From the NCBI GenBank assembly GCA_016927535.1, contig JAFGMM010000418.1, forward strand, positions 1-10,490: a stretch of DNA of 10,490 nt, given 5' to 3'. The notes under the pieces were generated by a model. It was not told the DNA's origin. It did no database searches and was given only the letters and a program-made list of their open reading frames with translations. Positions 6,056 to 10,490 of the stretch are shown piece by piece. Position 1 is the stretch's first letter; every line of letters starts with the position of its first letter. A program made the position numbers and the translations under genes. The stretch is from Anaerolineae bacterium (lineage in GTDB: Bacteria; Chloroflexota; Anaerolineae; Aggregatilineales; JAFGMM01).

Positions 6056-6970
6056 ATGGAAACTCACATGCAATATCCCGTTATCTGCTCTGAACCGGTG
6101 CGCGCCGCCCTCGACGCCGGGCAGCCGGTCGTCGCGCTAGAAAGCACCGTCATCGCGCACGGCCTGCCCTGGCCGCACAACCTGGAAGTGGCGCTCGACA
6201 TGGAAGTAACCATCACAGCCGGCGGCGTTACACCGGCCACCGTTGCGGTGGTCGATGGTGAACTGCGCGCCGGGCTGGACCGGCCCACGCTCGAACGGCT
6301 GGCGAAGCACGAAGAACCGGTCGCCAAACTGACCCGGCGCGACCTGGGCATCGCGCTGGCGAGCGGCGGCCTGGGCGCGACGACGGTCGCCAGTACCATG
6401 TTCATCGCGCACCGGGCCGGCATCCGGGTCTTTGCGACCGGCGGCATCGGCGGCGTGCACCGGGGCGACGCAGGCGACGTATCCGCCGACCTGCCCGAAC
6501 TGGCGCGCACGCCGGTCGTGGTGGTATGTTCGGGCGCCAAGTCGATCCTGGACCTGCCGCGCACGGTGGAATGGTTCGAGACCTTCGGCGTGCCGGTGCT
6601 GGGCTACCAAACCAACGAACTGCCGGCTTTCTTCGTGCGCAGCAGCGGCCTGCCCGTGCAGCGCCGCGTGGACTCGGCGGCGGATGCGGCGCAGCTTATC
6701 GAAGCGCATTGGGCGCTGGGGCTGGCGAGCGGCGTGCTGGTCACCGTGCCGGCGCCCGAAGCGCACGCCGCCGACCCCGCCGGCACCGCCGCTGCCATCG
6801 ACCGGGCAGTCGCAGCGGCGGAAGCCGCCGGGATACGCGGCAAAGAATTGACGCCCTACGTTATCGGTAAGGTCGCGGAGTTGACCGGCGGCGCGAGCGT
6901 CAAGGCGAACCTGGCGCTGCTGAAGCACAACGCCGCGGTCGCCGCGCAGATCGCCGCCGCACTGGGCTAA
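6056..6970 (+). CDS. psuG: Pseudouridine-5'-phosphate glycosidase (IndA/YeiN family)
   Basis: 304 aa. PVVALESTVIAHGLPWP, GGLGATTVASTMFIAHRAGIRVFATGGIGGVHRG and ADLPELARTPVVVVCSGAKSILD are characteristic PsuG/IndA blocks. The alternative start ATG at 6068 (MQYP...) has a slightly better SD-like GGAAA. The N-terminus is uncertain by 4 codons. Confidence 0.9.
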   Translation: METHMQYPVICSEPVRAALDAGQPVVALESTVIAHGLPWPHNLEVALDMEVTITAGGVTPATVAVVDGELRAGLDRPTLERLAKHEEPVAKLTRRDLGIALASGGLGATTVASTMFIAHRAGIRVFATGGIGGVHRGDAGDVSADLPELARTPVVVVCSGAKSILDLPRTVEWFETFGVPVLGYQTNELPAFFVRSSGLPVQRRVDSAADAAQLIEAHWALGLASGVLVTVPAPEAHAADPAGTAAAIDRAVAAAEAAGIRGKELTPYVIGKVAELTGGASVKANLALLKHNAAVAAQIAAALG

Positions 6971-6980
6971 CAGATCAAGG

Positions 6981-7193
6981 TCAATACAAGAAGACGATAG
7001 TCGGCGAAGGCGCCGGCGTCGGAGACGGCGAAACGTAAAACGGTTCGAAGACGATAGGCACCGATGGCGTTGCCGATACCCGCGCATCGGCGTCGGGGCC
7101 TGACGGCTGCGGTGGGAGCGAGGTCACCAGAACAACCAGCGCGGCCACCACGACCACCACCGCCAGGCCATAAACTGCCAGGCGTGAAGCTTT
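6981..7193 (-). CDS. Small hypothetical membrane-anchored, Pro/Ser-rich protein (about 71 aa); the longer 84-aa form would start at 7235
   Basis: Minus-strand ORF MKASRLAVYGLAVVVVVAALVVLVTSLPPQPSGPDADARVSATPSVPIVFEPFYVSPSPTPAPSPTIVFLY. It opens with a classic N-terminal positive patch plus a 20-residue hydrophobic helix. GGGGGG sits 5 nt upstream of the ATG (minus-strand sense). It is convergent with psuG with a 10-bp gap. I recognise no homology, so the call rests on ORF shape, SD and the TM helix only. A competing shadow ORF (6967-7302 minus) in another frame is Gly/Arg-rich and less protein-like. Confidence 0.4.
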   Translation of the reverse strand, partial: KASRLAVYGLAVVVVVAALVVLVTSLPPQPSGPDADARVSATPSVPIVFEPFYVSPSPTPAPSPTIVFLY

Positions 7194-7239
7194 CATCATT
7201 TCCCCCCGAATCTCGACCGCGCGCAACACAATCATGACC

Positions 7240-7265
7240 CCAAAACGGCGCGTCTTTCGTTTTGG
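7240..7265. promoter_or_regulatory. Inverted repeat / hairpin CCAAAACG - 10 nt - CGTTTTGG
   Basis: Read directly: 7240-7247 is the reverse complement of 7258-7265. It lies in the divergent intergenic region between the minus-strand small ORF and the + strand HEAT/TM gene. If the small ORF starts at 7235 it would sit in its immediate 5' leader. Confidence 0.3.
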
Positions 7266-7266
7266 C

Positions 7267-7319
7267 GAGCGGCGCTGCCCGGTCGAACTGATTATAATAC
7301 AAACTGGGCCGCTCAGTTC
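7267..7319. promoter_or_regulatory. Candidate bidirectional promoter/operator: palindromic ATTATAAT core (TATAAT on both strands, 7291-7298) bracketed by inverted repeats GAGCGGC(7267-7273)/GCCGCTC(7308-7314) and GAACTG(7285-7290)/CAGTTC(7314-7319)
   Basis: Read directly. A consensus -10 hexamer in a high-GC genome is conspicuous. It lies about 95 bp from the minus-strand small-ORF start and about 120 bp upstream of the ATG at 7420. No clear -35 sits at 17 bp on either side; TTGGCG at 7262-7267 is about 25 bp away. Confidence 0.35.
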
Positions 7320-7419
7320 AACGACTTCGATACGTTTTCCCTACGATCCCGGCCATACGCACCGGCAAGGTTTTGGTGTATCATAAGGTTATAAAGCTTA
7401 TCTGAACCAGAATAGACCC

Positions 7420-8232
7420 ATGTCCCTTGAAGACATCCTACCCGGCTTGAATAACCCAGACCCCGAAACCCGCAAAGAGGTAGTCCGCGAACTGGTACGG
7501 CAGCGCGCTTTTGAGACGGCAGACATTCTGCGCCAGGTGGCCGCCAAGGACCCCGACGCCGAGGTGCGCACCCTGGCCGCCGGCGCAGTGGCGTTTTTCG
7601 AGCGCGAACCGGTCCGCCCGGACCGCCGCGATCAGCCGCGCCGCCCGCCCACCGCGCCGCCCGACATCTCCGACATCGCCCTGCTGCGCAAGGAAATCCG
7701 GGCGCGGCGCGGCGAGACTTCCTTAATGGAATACGCGCTGATGGGCTTCTTGTTGCTGTTGTTCACCGCCATCCTGGTCATTTTAATTATCAACGGCATC
7801 AAAGCGGTGCGCGACGGCGGCGCGGAAGTTAACCAACCGGTCACGGAGCGCGGCGCCATCGTCGCGGAGATGCGCCAGGCCATTGACACGGCGCGCGCCG
7901 CCGCCGATCAACTCGCTGCGTTGCCCGGACTGGTCGGCAGCACGCCCGGCGGGGTTGGGTGCGACGCCCTGCCCGATATCCCCGCGATCTACCGGCGCAC
8001 CGACGCTGAACTCAACGCCTACCCGGAACTCGGCCCGCCGCAGTGGGCGCTCAACCGTGCCTACATCAATATCCACGATGCGCAAAGACGTTGGCGCCAG
8101 TACTGTCAGGAAAGGGGCAGCCTGACCGACACGCCCGACTACCTGGTCGGCCACGCCGAGCAGATGATCGAGGGCGGGCGTAAGGACCTGGACGAAGCCG
8201 CCAGCCGGCTGGACGATATCGCTCCTGAGTAA
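7420..8232 (+). CDS. Hypothetical bitopic membrane protein: N-terminal cytoplasmic HEAT-like (PBS-lyase type) repeats, one TM helix, C-terminal about 140-aa extracytoplasmic domain with two Cys
   Basis: 270 aa. HEAT-like repeats DPETRKEVVRELVRQ ... DPDAEVRTLAAGAV. A basic stretch RKEIRARRGE precedes the TM LMEYALMGFLLLLFTAILVILIING (positive-inside, so N-in). The C-terminal domain has Cys at GVGCDALP and RQYCQERG. I recognise no specific family. SD is weak. Confidence 0.6.
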   Translation: MSLEDILPGLNNPDPETRKEVVRELVRQRAFETADILRQVAAKDPDAEVRTLAAGAVAFFEREPVRPDRRDQPRRPPTAPPDISDIALLRKEIRARRGETSLMEYALMGFLLLLFTAILVILIINGIKAVRDGGAEVNQPVTERGAIVAEMRQAIDTARAAADQLAALPGLVGSTPGGVGCDALPDIPAIYRRTDAELNAYPELGPPQWALNRAYINIHDAQRRWRQYCQERGSLTDTPDYLVGHAEQMIEGGRKDLDEAASRLDDIAPE

Positions 8233-8253
8233 GCGCCGGTGCCTTTGGGCGCT
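8232..8253 (+). terminator. Weak candidate hairpin after the HEAT/TM gene stop: AGCGCC - 10 nt - GGCGCT
   Basis: Read directly: the 6-bp stem begins at the last base of the TAA stop. No U-tract follows (CCCAAAAC). Low confidence as a terminator. Confidence 0.2.
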
Positions 8254-8308
8254 CCCAAAACTTGGTATACTTACCGGGAACTTTGCAGGAGTATATGTAT
8301 GTTAACCC

Positions 8309-9862
8309 ATGAGCACTGAACCGGGCCACCGACTAAACGATACAGATTACGAGCGCTTCCGGGGTTTATTACTGGAGCGCAGCGGGCTGCACTTCCCCGA
8401 TAACAAACGGCGCGACCTGGACCTGGGCTTGCGTAACGCGATGAACGATGCCGGCATAGACGACCTGGATGTGTACTACCGCCGCCTGGCCGGCGGGACG
8501 ACCACCGACCCGACCTGGGAAAGCCTCATCCAGTACCTCACCATCGGCGAGACCTATTTCTTCCGCAACGCCGCGCACTTCGACGCCCTGCGCAACCACA
8601 TCCTGCCCGAACTTATCGCCGAGCGGCGCCGGAACGGGCTGCGCATGCTTCGGCTCTGGAGCGCGGGCTGCTCGACCGGCGAAGAACCCTACTCGCTGGC
8701 GATCCTACTGCGCCAGCTCATCCCCGACATCGACGACTGGCACATCATGATCCTCGCCACCGATATCAACCGCGAGAGCCTTATGGCTGCACAGCGCGGC
8801 ATCTACCGCCCGTGGTCTTTTCGCACCGAAACGCCTTCGTATACCCAAGAGATGTATTTCACGCGCCTGGGCAACCGCTTCGAGATCAAGCCCGAAATCC
8901 GGCGCATGGTCAGCTTCGCCTACTTGAACCTGGCGCGCGAAGGCTACCCTTCGGTGGAAAGCCATACAGTGGGTATGGACCTGGTAATGTGCCGCAACGT
9001 GACTATCTACTTCGACAAAGCCACCACCCAAGCCGTCATCGGGCGTCTGCAAGCCGCGCTCCTGGATTGGGGCTGGTTGGTCGTCGGCCATTCCGAGCTT
9101 GGCGTCATCGACTACGAACACCTGTTCGCGCCGCGCCCTTTCAAGGGTGCGGTCATCTACCAGAAAATGCCGGCCTCGCCGCCCCAGCCAGAACCCGCCA
9201 GGAGCATCTCGCCGACGATTGCGTCGCCCCTGCCGCCGGCCGCCAAAAAGACGCCGGGACGCCGGCCGCCCCGACAGGTCGCCGCCCAACCGGGGCAAGA
9301 TGGCCGGCCTCCTACACCGGACCCGGCGCCGCTCGACCGGTATCAAATGGCGCTGGCCCTGGCCGACAGCGGCCAGTTGGAGCAGGCGCGCGCGCACCTG
9401 CACGCGCTACTCAAGGAGAACCCGCGCCATGCCCCGGCCTGCTGGTTGATGGGCAAGCTCTACGCCGACCAGCAGGAATGGGACCGAGCGTTAGAATGGC
9501 TTCAGAAGACAATTGAGATCGACCAACTCCTGGCGCAGGCGCACTACCTGATCGGCTTGGTCTACGAGGAGCAGGAGTTGATCGAGGAAGCGGTGACGGC
9601 GTTCAAACGCGCGCTGTACGCCGACCACAATTTCATCTTAGGGCACTTTAGCCTGGGGAATCTCTACCGGGCCGTCGGCATGGTCAAAGACGCCTGCCGC
9701 CACTGGTCGAATGCCGCCGACCTGCTCTATCATATGGCGTCCGATGACGTGATTCCTTTCTCCGACGGGCTGACCGTGCGCCGTCTCTTACCGGTTATCC
9801 AGGCGCGCCTGTCGGATGACCTAAGCGAATGCAATAACCGCGCCGGGAGGTCGCGCACATGA
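8309..9862 (+). CDS. cheR: Chemotaxis protein methyltransferase CheR with C-terminal TPR domain (WspC/FrzF-like architecture)
   Basis: 517 aa. CheR N-domain is present. The SAM-MTase core reads ETYFFRNAAHFDALRNHILPEL ... LRLWSAGCSTGEEPYSLAILL ... ILATDIN ... CRNVTIYFD. A Pro-rich linker (PASPPQPEPARSISPTIASPLPPAAKKTPGRRPP) follows. Then come about three TPR repeats (ACWLMGKLYADQQEWDRALEWLQKTIEID, AHYLIGLVYEEQELIEEAVTAFKRAL, GHFSLGNLYRAVGMVKDACRHW). Confidence 0.9.
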   Translation: MSTEPGHRLNDTDYERFRGLLLERSGLHFPDNKRRDLDLGLRNAMNDAGIDDLDVYYRRLAGGTTTDPTWESLIQYLTIGETYFFRNAAHFDALRNHILPELIAERRRNGLRMLRLWSAGCSTGEEPYSLAILLRQLIPDIDDWHIMILATDINRESLMAAQRGIYRPWSFRTETPSYTQEMYFTRLGNRFEIKPEIRRMVSFAYLNLAREGYPSVESHTVGMDLVMCRNVTIYFDKATTQAVIGRLQAALLDWGWLVVGHSELGVIDYEHLFAPRPFKGAVIYQKMPASPPQPEPARSISPTIASPLPPAAKKTPGRRPPRQVAAQPGQDGRPPTPDPAPLDRYQMALALADSGQLEQARAHLHALLKENPRHAPACWLMGKLYADQQEWDRALEWLQKTIEIDQLLAQAHYLIGLVYEEQELIEEAVTAFKRALYADHNFILGHFSLGNLYRAVGMVKDACRHWSNAADLLYHMASDDVIPFSDGLTVRRLLPVIQARLSDDLSECNNRAGRSRT

Positions 9863-10377
9863 TTAAACGAGACGCGAACGACCGTTACTTCATCCAACCG
9901 CCCATGATGGTCGAATCGAACGACCAAACGGCGACGACTCAAGTGCTGAGCTTCATGTTGGGGAAGCAGCTTTACGGGTTAGAGGTCGCTTACATCTATG
10001 AGGTATCGCGCATGGTTGCGATCACCGAGATACCCGACAGCCCGCCCGATGTACTCGGTGTCATCGACTACCGGGGCACGGTAGTGCCGGTTATCGACCT
10101 GGAGGCGCGCTTTGGGCTGGAGACTCACACACCTTCGCTCGTCACGCCGATCATCATCGCGTGGACCGGCAAATATGCGGTGGGACTGATCGCGCGGGAA
10201 ATCTGCGAGGTGCTTTCGATCAACCCTTACGACATCATGGAGCCGGAGGAATTCGGCCAGCCGCGCCGGCACGTTGCCGGGGTCGCAAAGATCGACGACG
10301 GGCTGCTGCTCATCATGAACCCGGCGGGACTGCTCAGCGAGCGCTTGATGAGCCGGCTGGAAGGCGCCGATGTGTAG
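9859..10377 (+). CDS. cheW: Chemotaxis coupling protein CheW
   Basis: 172 aa. Hallmark CheW blocks: QVLSFMLGKQLYGLEVAYIYEV and IPDSPPDVLGVIDYRGTVVPVIDLEARFGL. Its start overlaps the cheR stop (ATGA at 9859-9862), consistent with translational coupling. Confidence 0.9.
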   Translation: MIKRDANDRYFIQPPMMVESNDQTATTQVLSFMLGKQLYGLEVAYIYEVSRMVAITEIPDSPPDVLGVIDYRGTVVPVIDLEARFGLETHTPSLVTPIIIAWTGKYAVGLIAREICEVLSINPYDIMEPEEFGQPRRHVAGVAKIDDGLLLIMNPAGLLSERLMSRLEGADV

Positions 10378-10399
10378 GGGCGAGTTTGAAACTCGCCCC
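10377..10399 (+). terminator. GC-rich hairpin immediately after the cheW stop (stem GGGGCGAG / CTCGCCCC, 7-nt loop TTTGAAA); possible intrinsic terminator without a U-tract
   Basis: Read directly: 10377-10384 pairs with 10392-10399. The downstream sequence is ATGTACATCAACTT, not T-rich. Many high-GC genomes use such hairpins, so this is a moderate-to-low confidence call. Confidence 0.3.
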
Positions 10400-10442
10400 A
10401 TGTACATCAACTTAAGAATTTTGACCGTTTGTGCGCCTGTTC

Positions 10443-10481
10443 CCCCTCTCCCCAAACCCCTCTCCCACGAGGGGCGAGGGG
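10443..10481. repeat. GC-rich repeat motifs CCCCTCTCC(CC)AAACCCCTCTCCCACGAGGGGCGAGGGG: two direct copies of CCCCTCTCC plus the partner GAGGGG arm
   Basis: Read directly. It shares the 11-mer TCCCCCTCTCC with the 5' edge palindrome at 12-22. CCCCTC (10458-10463) is the reverse complement of GAGGGG (10470-10475). It runs to the window edge and is therefore truncated. Confidence 0.4.
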
Positions 10482-10490
10482 CTTACCGGC

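Noticed and set aside
6137-7087. 316-aa minus-strand ORF antisense to psuG, and the 111-aa minus ORF 6967-7302
   Set aside because: Arg/Gly-rich low-complexity translations. psuG on the sense strand is unambiguous. The 84/71-aa ORF in another frame has the protein-like features instead.
8261-8300. Possible promoter (TTGGTA ... TATATG) in the 76-bp gap before cheR
   Set aside because: The spacing between the candidate -35 and -10 hexamers does not fit 16-19 bp for any pairing I could make. cheR is more likely co-transcribed with the upstream HEAT/TM gene or uses a non-consensus promoter.
8705-9516. Minus 232-aa and plus 234-aa alternative-frame ORFs within cheR
   Set aside because: They lie in the Pro/Arg-rich linker-encoding GC-rich stretch and are frame artefacts. 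The CheR frame is continuous with MTase and TPR motifs.
9979-10455. 158-aa minus-strand ORF antisense to cheW
   Set aside because: No motifs. It overlaps a canonical CheW on the sense strand.
1-10490. Searched for CRISPR arrays, tRNA/rRNA, integrase or transposase genes, and toxin-antitoxin or defence-island signatures
   Set aside because: None found. There are no regularly spaced repeats, no tRNA-like cloverleaf candidates in intergenic regions, and all large ORFs are accounted for by replication, metabolism, membrane and chemosensory functions.

Overview
This is a high-GC (about 65%) bacterial window that looks chromosomal. All well-supported genes lie on the + strand, in two co-directional blocks. 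I recognise no rRNA, tRNA, CRISPR array, transposase or integrase.

Block 1 (92-6970):
- Replicative helicase DnaB.
- A DnaD-like replication-initiation or helicase-loading cofactor. It carries the C-terminal YxxxIxxxW motif of the DDBH2 domain (YFRAILKRW).
- A 475-aa protein (2108-3535) with an N-terminal Cys4 zinc ribbon followed by two complete tandem DnaC/DnaI/IstB-like AAA+ modules. The duplication is still visible in the DNA: a 35-nt segment recurs 642 bp downstream with one mismatch. This ORF overlaps the end of the DnaD-like gene by 80 nt.
- A two-TM SPFH/band-7 (flotillin-like) membrane protein.
- A PfkB-family kinase immediately followed by pseudouridine-5'-phosphate glycosidase, which I read as the psuK-psuG pseudouridine catabolism pair.

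Between the blocks:
- A convergent, small, Pro-rich membrane-anchored ORF sits on the minus strand.
- A roughly 230-bp intergenic region holds a perfectly palindromic ATTATAAT core (TATAAT on both strands) flanked by inverted repeats.

Block 2 (7420-10377):
- A protein with cytoplasmic HEAT-like repeats, one TM helix and a periplasmic domain.
- A CheR methyltransferase with a C-terminal TPR domain, the WspC/FrzF architecture.
- A CheW whose start overlaps the cheR stop (ATGA).

GC-rich palindromic motifs (CCCCTCTCC / GGAGAGGGG) occur at both window edges and look like an interspersed REP-like repeat family.

The most unusual content is the dnaB - dnaD-like - tandem-duplicated dnaC-like helicase-loading module. 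I have no tools here, so all functional calls rest on motifs I can read directly in the six-frame translations. No database search was run.
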